Assembly (NCBI GenBank): GCA_021819605.1
Contig: JAKAQT010000001.1
Coordinates: 1 to 60,694, forward strand
DNA from: Thermoplasmata archaeon
GTDB lineage: Archaea > Thermoplasmatota > Thermoplasmata > Thermoplasmatales > Thermoplasmataceae
Direction of reading: 5' to 3'
Length of the DNA: 60,694 nucleotides
The notes under the pieces were generated by a model. The model saw nothing but the letters and a program-made list of their open reading frames with translations. It had not been told where the DNA came from and made no database searches. Positions 1 through 8,833 of this stretch are shown one piece after another. Every line of letters begins with the position of its first letter. The first letter of the stretch is position 1. The position numbers were made by a program, and so were the translations under genes.

Positions 1-424
1 TGGCGGTGATGTTCTGAAACCAGAAGGATCCGGTGAGAATGTTATATTTGTGGTTCAGCCATGTGACTGCCATCTCATTGGCTGAAAATATGACCATCCA
101 GTCTGTATATTTTGGCATCAGGTTGGCTGGAATCACCCCAGCCGATGCCGATATGAACACATCGTAATGGGCTCCGCTCTGCACGTTCTTGGCACCACTG
201 ACCGATCCGGAAAACGTTGGCCCAACGGAAATGCCTGTTGTGTTCGTGAACTGCAGGTTGAAATGATTTCCAAGGGCGTATTCCAGGGATCCGGCCGCAA
301 ATACTGATACACTGGGCGCTGCAGGGCGTGACGATTCCGAGATATAGTAACCGGCAAAGCCGCCAACCAGCAACCCCACCACAAGAATTACAGCTACGGT
401 TAAGGCAAAACGTGATTTTTCCAT
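1..424 (-). CDS. wtpA: Tungstate/molybdate ABC transporter substrate-binding protein (WtpA/ModA-like), N-terminal part; the gene runs off the left edge of the window
   Basis: Absent from the ORF track because it has no in-window stop. Hand translation from the ATG at 424-422 gives MEKSRFALTVAVILVVGLLVGGFAGYY (anchor/signal helix). It continues VSVFAAGSLEYALGNHF...GSVSGAKNVQSGAHYDVFISASAGVIPANLMPKYTDWMVIFSANEMAVTW, which resembles the AGSL ... MPKYADW..FA.NE core I recall for archaeal WtpA. It lies 75 nt downstream of the AOR-family gene. Confidence 0.75.
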   Translation of the reverse strand, partial: MEKSRFALTVAVILVVGLLVGGFAGYYISESSRPAAPSVSVFAAGSLEYALGNHFNLQFTNTTGISVGPTFSGSVSGAKNVQSGAHYDVFISASAGVIPANLMPKYTDWMVIFSANEMAVTWLNHKYNILTGSFWFQNITA

Positions 425-442
425 GATTGGTAATAACCTGAA

Positions 443-450
443 CTTATAAA
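443..450 (-). promoter_or_regulatory. Candidate TATA box (TTTATAAG on the minus strand) for wtpA
   Basis: TTTATAAG begins about 26 nt upstream of the wtpA ATG (424). This is typical archaeal TATA spacing for a leaderless or short-leader mRNA. Confidence 0.4.
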
Positions 451-457
451 TTTGTTT

Positions 458-486
458 AAAAAGGATAAGGAATCGCCGCAGATTCC
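458..486 (-). terminator. Hairpin plus T-run downstream of the AOR gene
   Basis: On the minus strand GGAATC-TGCGGC-GATTCC (6-bp stem, 469-486) is followed by TTATCCTTTTT. It sits directly after the AOR stop codon at 500-502. Confidence 0.35.
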
Positions 487-499
487 TGGGAATTTTGCC

Positions 500-2353
500 T
501 CAGATCTCCACTGAAAGCTCCTTCATGACATCCGGTGATGGCCTGCCATCGGAATCAATGCCAACCTCCTGCAGGTATTCGTCAACCATGGAGCGGTAGT
601 CCACAGTCACATTGGCGGTTGGACCGGCTGTGAGAGGGGGTTCTCCAACCATCCTGGATGGTGGCACAATCTTTCTTGGGTTGATGCCTTCCCTGTAGTT
701 GAAAAGATGCCTGAGCAGCTGTATTCTCTTTCCCATTGCCATGATCTCTTCTTCAGACACGTCCCAGCCCATGATTGCCTTGAACAGCTTGTAGTACGGA
801 TATGTGTTTGGCCATACGGAAGTGGAAAACAGGCACATGCCAGTGGCATTCAGGACCTGCATTCCATAGACAGAAAGAGCCTGCATCTTTCCCTTCCCAT
901 GGTATGAGTACCTGTTGATCTTCTCCCTGGGGAAACTGTACTGGAACGGCAGCGTCATGGTGCCCCCCTCGTCAAATCCCAGGCCACCTGCAGTATGCCT
1001 CCCCGGTGTCGGGTCTGCGATGTATGTGGTGGCGAGGCTTGGAAGGAGTCTCGGGTCGTGCATTGGCAGGTCCTGGCCTCCAACATGCATTGCAAATTTC
1101 TCGCTGCCCTTGCCGAATTTCTGCGAGGCATATTTTGCGCCCATTCCAAGGACTGATCCGATGCCCTCGCCCCTGCCAATCAGTTCGGTGAGTCTGACCA
1201 TGGCATCGGCATCTCCGAAACCAATTTTGAATCCAACATCCTTCTCTGTTATTATGCCTCTTTCGAAGCATTCGTTTGCAAAGGCTATGGCTGCACCTAC
1301 TGATATTATGTCCATCCCTGCCCTGTTGCACATCTCAAAGGCCATGGCCATGGCATCCAGATCGGTGTTGAGGTTGAGTCCTCCGAATGATCCTGTCCCC
1401 TCATATTCAAGCCTGTGCCCCTCAATCTCCCCGAATCGGGTCTTTCTCCTGATATGCCCACCACACGCTAGCGTGCACTGTGCACATCCATAGGATTTCA
1501 GCTTGTCCCTTGCAATTTCCTCACCGCTTATCTTTCTGGCATTATCGGCACCATAGTCTATTATGCCGACGCCGGCCCAGTTCTTTATGGGCGTGTCGCC
1601 ATTGAGATGTGAGGATTCCGTCCCGGCCGTTGTCCCGTAAAGCTGCCATGGCCTTGCTAGGTCTATATTCTTCCTGAATTCTATCTGTATCTCCTTTATG
1701 GTCTCCATCAGCATTGCCTGGTCAAAAGGCTTGAAAGCGGGTTTTCCCCTCACTATGAGCCCCTTCAGCCTCTTTGATCCCATTACCGCTCCGAGCCCTG
1801 ATCTGCCGGCTGCCCTTCCGTAATCATTCATGAGTGAGGCAACCATCAGTTTCTTCTCTCCGGGGACACCTATGACAAGTGCCTGCCCCCTGGGTTCTAT
1901 TTTCTTGAGCTCGTCTTCTGTTGCATATGCGTCCTTGCCCCACAGGCCGGAGGCGTCCTCTATGGAGGCTTTTCCATCGGTTATCTTCAGGTAAACCGGC
2001 TTTGGAGATATGCCCCGTATGAAGACCGCATCATAGCCGGAGTTCTTCAGTTCAGGGCCGAATTTTCCGCCGCAGTCGGCATCGCCCCATCCGCCAGTCA
2101 TGGGGGATTTAGCCACAACCTGGAACCTTCCTCCCAGTGGAACTGAATGGCTGTTGAAAATCCCGGTTGTGATGCCCAGGATGTTTTCCTCCCCCAGGGG
2201 ATCCGCTCCAGGTTTCATGTCTCTGTTCAGAATATATGCTCCCAGACCATAGCCGGTCAGGTATTTCCTGTATATTTCCTCTGGAATTTCTTCCTCTCTT
2301 ATGCTGCCCCTTTTAAGGTCAACATGGAGAACCCTGCCATTAACACCGTACAT
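500..2353 (-). CDS. aor: Aldehyde/formaldehyde:ferredoxin oxidoreductase family protein (tungstopterin enzyme, AOR/FOR type)
   Basis: 617 aa. The N-terminus MYGVNGRVLHVDL...YLTGYGLGAYIL...DPLGEENILGITTG...GGRFQVVAKSPMTGGWGD and the motifs GRAAGRSGLGAVMGSKRLK and MHVGGQDLPMHDPR match the AOR family as I recall it from Pyrococcus AOR/FOR. Confidence 0.9.
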   Translation of the reverse strand: MYGVNGRVLHVDLKRGSIREEEIPEEIYRKYLTGYGLGAYILNRDMKPGADPLGEENILGITTGIFNSHSVPLGGRFQVVAKSPMTGGWGDADCGGKFGPELKNSGYDAVFIRGISPKPVYLKITDGKASIEDASGLWGKDAYATEDELKKIEPRGQALVIGVPGEKKLMVASLMNDYGRAAGRSGLGAVMGSKRLKGLIVRGKPAFKPFDQAMLMETIKEIQIEFRKNIDLARPWQLYGTTAGTESSHLNGDTPIKNWAGVGIIDYGADNARKISGEEIARDKLKSYGCAQCTLACGGHIRRKTRFGEIEGHRLEYEGTGSFGGLNLNTDLDAMAMAFEMCNRAGMDIISVGAAIAFANECFERGIITEKDVGFKIGFGDADAMVRLTELIGRGEGIGSVLGMGAKYASQKFGKGSEKFAMHVGGQDLPMHDPRLLPSLATTYIADPTPGRHTAGGLGFDEGGTMTLPFQYSFPREKINRYSYHGKGKMQALSVYGMQVLNATGMCLFSTSVWPNTYPYYKLFKAIMGWDVSEEEIMAMGKRIQLLRHLFNYREGINPRKIVPPSRMVGEPPLTAGPTANVTVDYRSMVDEYLQEVGIDSDGRPSPDVMKELSVEI

Positions 2354-2573
2354 GCTTTTACCATGGCTTCTTCCTATTATATGTTTATCTCAGCCGATCC
2401 GTATCGCAGGCACTTGTGCAAATTGAATTGTACTGCCCTTTTCATTGTGCTCTGCAATAAATGAGAGATATTGCGCCCAGGAACCCACGCATGAGCATTT
2501 ATTGGCACAGTAGTGCACTTTGGCACAGTTTTGCTCGCGATAATTCTTATAACTTTTGTTAATTGATAGAAAC

Positions 2574-3932
2574 ATGTCAATGGTAGGATTTGATAGATTC
2601 CTTTTTGCATTCACCATAGGGTCCCACATAATCCTTGTATCAATGAGTATTGCGCTGATTCTTCTGATATCCATACTGGAATTCCTGTATCTGAGGAATA
2701 AGAACAGTTACCACCTGGCCCTCATAAGGCGGCTCAAGAAGGTATTCGTGATCTCATTTGGTGTGGGTACTGCTTCGGGCATAGTGGTGGCGGTTGAACT
2801 TATAAATCTCTTTCCGGGTTTCATGACTCTCGTTTCCGAAACCGGGATAATAAGCGCATTCTATGCTGAGATATTTGCCTTCTTCCTGGAAACCATCAGC
2901 CTTGTGATCTATGTTTACTTTGAGGGAGTGTTCAGGTGGAAATACACAAACCTGACACTGTCAATTGTGGTAGCATTCGGCACACTTCTCTCAGGTGTGT
3001 TCATAACCATGGTCAATGCCTGGATGAACACGCCAAACGGGTTCAACATACCGGTATATCTTTCAACCGGCAAGGTAACAGGGGTTCTTCCATGGGTTGC
3101 GTTTGCCACACCATCAACCTTCGGCGAAATAGCCCATGTCCTGACAACAACAGTTTTTGCCGGGGTAATGCTAATCGGTGCATTTTTTGCTTACAAATAT
3201 CTGAGGACACGCGACCCTGAGGAGAAGGGGATGTTCAGGTCAATGCTCAGGATCATCAGCGGAGTATCAATCATTGATATACTGCTTGCAGGTGCTTCGG
3301 GGTCCAATGAAATGTCAACACTGCTGCAATACCAGCCATTAAAATATGCAGCAATGGATCTCAACCCGACACCCGGAACAGGATTTTCTGAAAGATTATT
3401 CGGTTACCTGTACAATGGGCACATACTTGATTCCATTCAGATTCCTGGGTTGCAGGCATTTCTTGCAAAGTTTGAGACGGGAATAACAACGCTTCCAGGT
3501 CTTTCGCAGTTCCCGGCAAGTGACTGGCCGCCCCTGATGATACACACAACATTTGACGTTATGGTGGTTGGTGGGTTGTTCCTGGGACTGTTCCTATTCA
3601 TAACGTTCCTCTTCTATCTGTTCAGGAAGGATTTCGTGAAGAACAGGTACATGATGTATTTCCAGATATTCTTTGGATTCTTTGCTCTCCTGGTATATGA
3701 AATCGGATGGGTTACAGATGAGGTTGGCAGGCAGCCCTGGATAGTTTACAATGTCATGAAGGTTTACCAGGCTGCCAATTATTCCACGGGGCAGCTTGTT
3801 CCGGGATACTTCATTATTGCGTTCTACCTTGTGCTCATACCGGCAACGTTCTATTTCTTTGCCAGGGTTTTCAATTCCAATCCGGCCAGGGAGGACATGA
3901 AGCCAGTATCAGAAGGGGGTGTTAATTATTAA
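2574..3932 (+). CDS. cydA: Cytochrome bd quinol oxidase subunit I
   Basis: Polytopic membrane protein with the characteristic GRQPWIVYNVMKV motif near the C-terminus. The ORF opens at TTG 2556. I place the start at ATG 2574 (MSMVGFDRFLFAFTIGSH), which is the usual CydA N-terminus. Confidence 0.85.
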   Translation: MSMVGFDRFLFAFTIGSHIILVSMSIALILLISILEFLYLRNKNSYHLALIRRLKKVFVISFGVGTASGIVVAVELINLFPGFMTLVSETGIISAFYAEIFAFFLETISLVIYVYFEGVFRWKYTNLTLSIVVAFGTLLSGVFITMVNAWMNTPNGFNIPVYLSTGKVTGVLPWVAFATPSTFGEIAHVLTTTVFAGVMLIGAFFAYKYLRTRDPEEKGMFRSMLRIISGVSIIDILLAGASGSNEMSTLLQYQPLKYAAMDLNPTPGTGFSERLFGYLYNGHILDSIQIPGLQAFLAKFETGITTLPGLSQFPASDWPPLMIHTTFDVMVVGGLFLGLFLFITFLFYLFRKDFVKNRYMMYFQIFFGFFALLVYEIGWVTDEVGRQPWIVYNVMKVYQAANYSTGQLVPGYFIIAFYLVLIPATFYFFARVFNSNPAREDMKPVSEGGVNY

Positions 3933-4881
3933 CATTCTGTTCGGCATCAACTTTGCGGTATTCGCTGTATTCGCCGTGCTGATCATAACTGAAATGATGG
4001 GCAGCGTTCTGATGCTTATTGCATGGGAGGCAGTCAGGAAGAAGGTTCTGGACTATGTTGTTCCAGTATGGGAGGTGACCGGCACTTTTGGAGCTTTCTG
4101 GGTCGTGGCATCCGATTTTGCATTTCCGAAGATACTCATACCTCTGGCAAGCATCTTCTCAGCAGCCATTGCCATATTCCTGATACTCTTTGTAGCCAGG
4201 AATTCCACCATAGTGTTCGCGGAATTCATAAAGAAGAAGGGATGGCTTGACGAGAAGAAGCTGTACACTGGCTATTCCATCTCAACGCTGCTTCTCGGCC
4301 TGGTGGTGCTCGTCATAATAACCGGGATAATAGGAGGAAACGGCATTGATTTGAGCAGGCTGACGTTCAGTGTATCTGCCTGGGCAGGCAATGCTGCGTC
4401 CTGGCTCTTCATAGTCGGTGCCCTCGTGATTGCAGTAGGTCTGGCTCCGGTGTTTTATGATCTTGCACCTCTCAAGAAACTGGTGGTTCCATTCACGGTT
4501 GTGGGCCTTGTAGTTTCGGTGATCTCCCTGGACATGTTCAAGCATGGATCCCTGCCATTCCTGGTGGCTGTGCCCATAATACTTGCACTGCTTGTCCCTG
4601 TCCTGTATTATATTCCAAACACAGTGAAGCTGGTAACAAACAAGGTATTTTTCATCGCATGGGCATCGGCAGATATATTTTCGCTTGAATTCATGGTGTA
4701 TCCGACAGCCTTTGGCGGAAACATAAATGTGAACAGCTTGATATCAACAGGCCCCATGGCCTCGGCGTATGTGGCAATCACGGTTGTTGGGCTTGTAATT
4801 CTGGCTGTTCTCATTGCGCTTTATTCAATAGCAGTGTATAGAAGGTCTGCCATGATGGAAAAGGCAGCGAGTACACCTTAA
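3919..4881 (+). CDS. cydB: Cytochrome bd oxidase subunit II-like membrane protein
   Basis: 320 aa and highly hydrophobic with about 8-9 TM segments. The GTG start overlaps the cydA stop by 14 nt. Assignment rests on position and topology; sequence similarity to bacterial CydB is not obvious by eye. Confidence 0.6.
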   Translation: MLIINILFGINFAVFAVFAVLIITEMMGSVLMLIAWEAVRKKVLDYVVPVWEVTGTFGAFWVVASDFAFPKILIPLASIFSAAIAIFLILFVARNSTIVFAEFIKKKGWLDEKKLYTGYSISTLLLGLVVLVIITGIIGGNGIDLSRLTFSVSAWAGNAASWLFIVGALVIAVGLAPVFYDLAPLKKLVVPFTVVGLVVSVISLDMFKHGSLPFLVAVPIILALLVPVLYYIPNTVKLVTNKVFFIAWASADIFSLEFMVYPTAFGGNINVNSLISTGPMASAYVAITVVGLVILAVLIALYSIAVYRRSAMMEKAASTP

Positions 4882-5119
4882 AAATCTATTTTATTTCCTG
4901 GTCTATGACGAAATTTTCTTCCTATGGTTCCAGATAGGCTTGGCATGCCTGACGATGGGTACAGCAAGAACAGGGACTTTCTCAACATTCAGATTCAGCC
5001 TGAATCAAACGCAAAAGTCAAAGAGTGGTCATATTAGGCCACTGGTTCAGTCTGTTTCTCCGCTTCTGCAATCTATCCACGAAAATTCTGATCCGCGCAT
5101 TCAAGGCTTGTATTTTCTT

Positions 5120-5395
5120 TCATTCAAGAATCTTAACAGTCTTGTTGGTTGATCTCATTCCCCTGATGATTTTTATTCTGGATTGGTCAACATTGAAATG
5201 AGCGCAAAGCTGCCTTAAAACATCGGCATTTGCTTTACCATTCTCTCTTGGCTCGTTGGTGTAAACAGTAAGCTTATCATCTTCAGCAACAATCTGGCCA
5301 TTCCCCCGCTTTACCTTAACCTGTACTATCAATCTATTTTCAAGTGCTGCATCTCTTAGGATCGGATTAATGTTGTTTGTGCCCGTGAATATCAA
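5120..5395 (-). CDS. DUF167 (YggU/UPF0235) family protein
   Basis: 91 aa. The segments VKVKRGNGQIVAEDDKLTVYTNEPRENGKANADVLRQLCAHFNV and IKIIRGMRSTNKTVKI fit the DUF167 pattern (..P.eGkAN..li..La..l.v....i.i..G..sr.K.v.i). The start is TTG; there is no nearby ATG. Confidence 0.6.
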   Translation of the reverse strand: MIFTGTNNINPILRDAALENRLIVQVKVKRGNGQIVAEDDKLTVYTNEPRENGKANADVLRQLCAHFNVDQSRIKIIRGMRSTNKTVKILE

Positions 5396-5625
5396 ATTTA
5401 TAACGATAAAAAAATTTAAGAATAGAACGGGAAAGTTAGTCTAACAGGGTCGATGGCATTGCTCTGTGAACTTAAATGAAAGTGTGGATATCATGGAGTT
5501 TTTGCAGGGAAACTGTGCAACATAATGACCCATATGGCTGACTGGTGAAACTGGAGGCATATGGGTGTCAGAAAAGCTAAGTCTGAATCGATGAGCTGAT
5601 TTATTCAGAGAGGAATTAAATTATT

Positions 5626-5880
5626 ATGACACCAAAACATTTGCATGTTATGGAAAGAAAGTCCATCCGTCCTAATGTCCAGGTAGAGAAGATTTATCCT
5701 AAAGAAATTATGGAGTGGAAATACGACACCTTTGGAATACAGTTAAATAAAGATCAGGCCACGCAATTATCGAGAGAGTTGATTGAAGCAGTAGAGAAAA
5801 CAAATGATCAAAAAATCGATTTCACGTTGTTTCTTAAAAGAAAGACACCTGTAATAACAATAACATGGAATGAGGAATAA
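5626..5880 (+). CDS. Hypothetical protein (orphan, in an AT-rich patch)
   Basis: 84-aa ORF preceded by GAGG about 12 nt upstream of the ATG. I recognise no motif in it. Confidence 0.35.
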   Translation: MTPKHLHVMERKSIRPNVQVEKIYPKEIMEWKYDTFGIQLNKDQATQLSRELIEAVEKTNDQKIDFTLFLKRKTPVITITWNEE

Positions 5881-5941
5881 TATTTCTAAATATTATGATG
5901 CCAATACATAGTAAAAAATCCACCAGGAACTAAAATTAAGA

Positions 5942-6016
5942 TGCTCCGACCGGGATTTGGACCCGGGTCGTCGGCTCGAAAGGCCGATATGCTTGGCCGG
6001 ACTACACCATCGGAGC
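5942..6016 (-). tRNA. tRNA-Glu (anticodon UUC)
   Basis: The reverse complement reads GCTCCGA-TG-GTGTAGTCCGGCCAAGCAT-A-TCGGC-CTTTCGA-GCCGA-CGAC-CCGGG-TCCAAAT-CCCGG-TCGGAGC-A. It has a 7-bp acceptor stem, 5-bp anticodon and T stems, and anticodon TTC in a 7-nt loop. CCA is not encoded. Confidence 0.9.
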
Positions 6017-6039
6017 AGAACAGACCCTAAACCCACATG

Positions 6040-6056
6040 CTTATATGTATTTTTGT
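6040..6056 (-). promoter_or_regulatory. Candidate BRE/TATA element for tRNA-Glu
   Basis: The minus strand reads CAAAAATACATATAAG, with the TATA-like ATATAA centred about 27 nt upstream of the tRNA 5' end (6016). Confidence 0.45.
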
Positions 6057-6077
6057 AGCCGGTGCCATTCCATCAGG

Positions 6078-7115
6078 TCATGGTAATCTGTATCTGAGGA
6101 TGGCGCAATAGCCCCCGAAATTGCTCACTATCCTGCCAGGATCAGTTCCTGTCCCGATTATGTGCACCTTTGTACCAAAGTTTCTGGACTCTTCCAGAAG
6201 TCTCCTGCCTTCAGGTGTCCTGAATTTTTCCTCTGAAACCATCAGTGTATCCACAGAGCCTGCTTCGAGTGCTTTCAGGACATCTCCGTATCCATATGTT
6301 CCAAGACCGTCTGTCCCAATATGCTTCAGAAAGCCCTCTACGAGCCTGGAATCTCCCGAAATTCTCAGGTCCCTGAAAATGGCATCAGCCTCGGGAGTAT
6401 TCAGGAACTCCCAGACAGCGCCTGCATCTGACCTGTTGGTGGGGTATGTCACCACCCGGAATCCAGCCCCGCCATATGTTCTGAATGAGTTAACTATCTT
6501 TTCTCTGGTGAATCCTGGTCCAAGGACAATTATGGTGCTTCCTTCTGGCAACATCCTGCGGCATGACTCCACAATCTCCCTGTGGAAATCCTGTTCAGAG
6601 AAATTACTTTCGTAAGCTTTGCCTGTGAGATGTGAATCAATCTTGCCTATGCTCTGTATCCCGTAGGACTTCAGCATAAGAATCCATGCGGTCTCGTCAT
6701 CAGCTGCGATGAAATAGAATTTCTGTGAAAACTTATTATCCAGGGCCTCAGCAAGAAGTTCACGCTGCTGTTCCAGCCACTGCTGCTTCTTAAGCTCGAA
6801 GTTGTCTCCAGGGGATATATTGAATGACTGATGGTCTCCTATGATGTCTTCAGGCCCTTCCCTTATTGTGCCAAGAACCTTCAGGTTTCCGGAAAAATTC
6901 TGGAATTCAACGCTCTCAGCAACTATGGATGCAGTAACAGGTTTCCTGGGAGATTCCTTGGACCTGTTCATGTCCTGCTGCTTCTCCACCCGCCTCAGGG
7001 TTGTCATCCTGATCATATCTCCTTCATTTATGAGGTTCTTCAGGTACCACAAATCATCGTCGGAATCCACGTGCACCATAATCCATTCCGAATCCTTCTT
7101 TTCCGTGATTCTCAT
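6078..7115 (-). CDS. pelA: Pelota (Dom34-like mRNA surveillance / ribosome rescue factor)
   Basis: 345 aa. The N-terminus is MRITEKKDSEWIMVHVDSDDDLWYLKNLINEGDMIRMTT and the C-terminal eRF1-like domains include GTYGYGDVLKALEAGSVDTLMVSE, both typical of archaeal Pelota. Its ATG overlaps the upstream stop codon (ATGA). Confidence 0.9.
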   Translation of the reverse strand: MRITEKKDSEWIMVHVDSDDDLWYLKNLINEGDMIRMTTLRRVEKQQDMNRSKESPRKPVTASIVAESVEFQNFSGNLKVLGTIREGPEDIIGDHQSFNISPGDNFELKKQQWLEQQRELLAEALDNKFSQKFYFIAADDETAWILMLKSYGIQSIGKIDSHLTGKAYESNFSEQDFHREIVESCRRMLPEGSTIIVLGPGFTREKIVNSFRTYGGAGFRVVTYPTNRSDAGAVWEFLNTPEADAIFRDLRISGDSRLVEGFLKHIGTDGLGTYGYGDVLKALEAGSVDTLMVSEEKFRTPEGRRLLEESRNFGTKVHIIGTGTDPGRIVSNFGGYCAILRYRLP

Positions 7116-7579
7116 CTTTCTTTTCCCTCTGTACCGCCAACTATGGATCGGATTTCATTCTTTATTGATGCATAATGAGTCCCCTCCCAGTAGATCTTTC
7201 CGCAGTGAGTACAGATGTACACCCTGTTCTGCATCTTCCTGACCCCGGGTGGCAGGCTTTCCATGATAGCCGGATCATCAGTGACCCTGAGCAGACCGTT
7301 ACAGAGCGGACATCTTGTGAAATAGAGGGATTCATCGGGAGGAAATCTTGCCACGAATTCCCTGAGCTGTTCGTCATATCTGTCAGATCTGATGTACATG
7401 GAATTCCTGTACCTTATAGAAAGTTCCCTGTCCCTTGTTATGAGGATCAGACTTTCCTTTGAACATATCTCAATAATTGAGTCATCCACCATGTCGGAGG
7501 TTGCATACCCAACATCATAGCCCATCAGGCGTAACCACCTGCACATCTTCCCCAGCATGCTGTCAGCGAAGAATCTCAT
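7112..7579 (-). CDS. Mut7-C / DUF82 PIN-like nuclease domain protein with C-terminal zinc ribbon
   Basis: MRFFADSMLGKMCRWLRLMGYDVGY is the Mut7-C N-terminal signature. The C-terminal CPLCNG...CTHCGKIYWEGTHY is the family's zinc ribbon. I moved the start to ATG 7579 because the track ORF (7648) overlaps ubiX. Confidence 0.8.
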   Translation of the reverse strand: MRFFADSMLGKMCRWLRLMGYDVGYATSDMVDDSIIEICSKESLILITRDRELSIRYRNSMYIRSDRYDEQLREFVARFPPDESLYFTRCPLCNGLLRVTDDPAIMESLPPGVRKMQNRVYICTHCGKIYWEGTHYASIKNEIRSIVGGTEGKER

Positions 7580-7580
7580 T

Positions 7581-8144
7581 TCAGTAGTCTTTCCATCGCC
7601 CTGACATATCATTGTCGATGCCCATGAGATCCAGAACCCGCGATACAACGAAATTCACCATGTCACCGGCAGTCTCAGGCTTTGTGTAATATCCTGGCAT
7701 TGCAGGAGCCACAATCACTCCGTTCAAAGACAGCTTCAGCATGTTTTCAATGTATATGGAGCTCAGCGGCATCTCTCTGGGTACAATCACCATTCTCCTC
7801 CGCTCCTTCATGGAGACGGCGGCAACCCGTGTAATGAGAGTGTCAGCCATTCCTGTGGTCATCTTTGCAAGAGTGGTGTTGGAGCAGGGAATTATGACAA
7901 AGCTCCTGAATCTGAAGGATCCGGAACTCACCGGTGCAGCAAGGTCAGAATCCTCATAAACATGCTCAGCCAGTCTGGAAAAGTCCTCCACGGTCAGGCT
8001 GGTTTCAGCAGCCATGACTCTCTTTGCACCATCAGAAATGATCAGGTGGCGCTCGAAATTCTTCAGCGATTCAAGGAGCCTGAACGCGAGAACAGTTCCA
8101 GATGCCCCTGTCACGCCCACAACTATCCTGTTGTCTCCCTTCAA
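7581..8144 (-). CDS. ubiX: Flavin prenyltransferase UbiX family
   Basis: 187 aa. The segments RIVVGVTGASGTVLAFRLLESL and IIPCSNTTLAKMTTGMADTLITR match the UbiX/Pad1 flavoprotein signatures. Confidence 0.88.
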   Translation of the reverse strand: MKGDNRIVVGVTGASGTVLAFRLLESLKNFERHLIISDGAKRVMAAETSLTVEDFSRLAEHVYEDSDLAAPVSSGSFRFRSFVIIPCSNTTLAKMTTGMADTLITRVAAVSMKERRRMVIVPREMPLSSIYIENMLKLSLNGVIVAPAMPGYYTKPETAGDMVNFVVSRVLDLMGIDNDMSGRWKDY

Positions 8145-8188
8145 TGAATATCCATAAAAGATGTATATGGGATATATAAGTGATGGTC

Positions 8189-8764
8189 TCAGCGCTTTCT
8201 GTTGAAGTAGAAATACAGTACGAATGTGGCAGCGAATATCGCAACAATTATTGCTGCATCCCTGTAATCATCATAAAGGCTGACAACCCTTGGCTTAGAC
8301 CATGTAAATCCAGGGTAAGCGCCGGAATCAAGCGCCTTTATATTTGACAGGTGGCTGCCTCCACTGGTCACAAGGGATTGCTGTTTCTCAGTCATCTTGA
8401 ATGCGATTGTAAAATTCTGGACACTGGGAAAACCAATGGAAGACAGTGCAGTTATAAGTTCAAGTCCGTATGGGTTGAGGCCAGTGTATGACAGATCGAA
8501 CACTATGAGGTCCTGTGTTGCGTTTGCGCTCCAGTTGTATGATACATACGTACTGTTATCTATTATATCCGCAAAGAATGAATTCCACTCCGTGGTACTG
8601 ATTGTATAGTGGGTTTCAGTTCCGTTTATATAATAGGTGGCGGAGGGAAGGCTCGATGGTGGCGGATTCAGTGTGGGAGTGCTTCCCATGGCGGATATCG
8701 GAGCAACGGCCAGCACAAAAACGAATGCCAGGGCCGCCAGTGAAATGACTGTCTTGTTTTTCAT
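8189..8764 (-). CDS. Small secreted, C-terminally anchored glycoprotein (hypothetical)
   Basis: It has a signal-like N-terminus (MKNKTVISLAALAFVFVLAVAPISAMG), 5 N-x-S/T sequons, and a C-terminal TM segment (AAIIVAIFAATFVLYFYF) followed by NRKR. The alternative upstream ATG at 8824 is less signal-peptide-like. Confidence 0.55.
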   Translation of the reverse strand: MKNKTVISLAALAFVFVLAVAPISAMGSTPTLNPPPSSLPSATYYINGTETHYTISTTEWNSFFADIIDNSTYVSYNWSANATQDLIVFDLSYTGLNPYGLELITALSSIGFPSVQNFTIAFKMTEKQQSLVTSGGSHLSNIKALDSGAYPGFTWSKPRVVSLYDDYRDAAIIVAIFAATFVLYFYFNRKR

Positions 8765-8833
8765 GAAATTGAATCCCAAGCAGATATGAATTTCTGTAAA
8801 TAAGTTTTTCACTGCAATTTTCAATACACGGAT

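Noticed and set aside
133-384. 83-aa minus-strand ORF from the track at the left edge
   Set aside because: It lies in a different frame inside the much better supported wtpA-like reading frame (ATG at 424, recognisable binding-protein motifs), so it is an out-of-frame shadow ORF.
915-1493. 192-aa plus-strand ORF and several 60-120-aa ORFs antisense to or out of frame with the AOR gene
   Set aside because: They lie entirely within the high-confidence AOR CDS and have low-complexity P/S/A-rich translations typical of shadow ORFs.
5396-6016. Search for an att-type direct repeat of the tRNA-Glu 3' half to define an integrated element
   Set aside because: No copy of the CCCGGGTCCAAATCCCGGTCGGAGC segment, or a substantial part of it, was seen in the flanking 1 kb, and there is no integrase. 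The island idea is kept only as a low-interest note.
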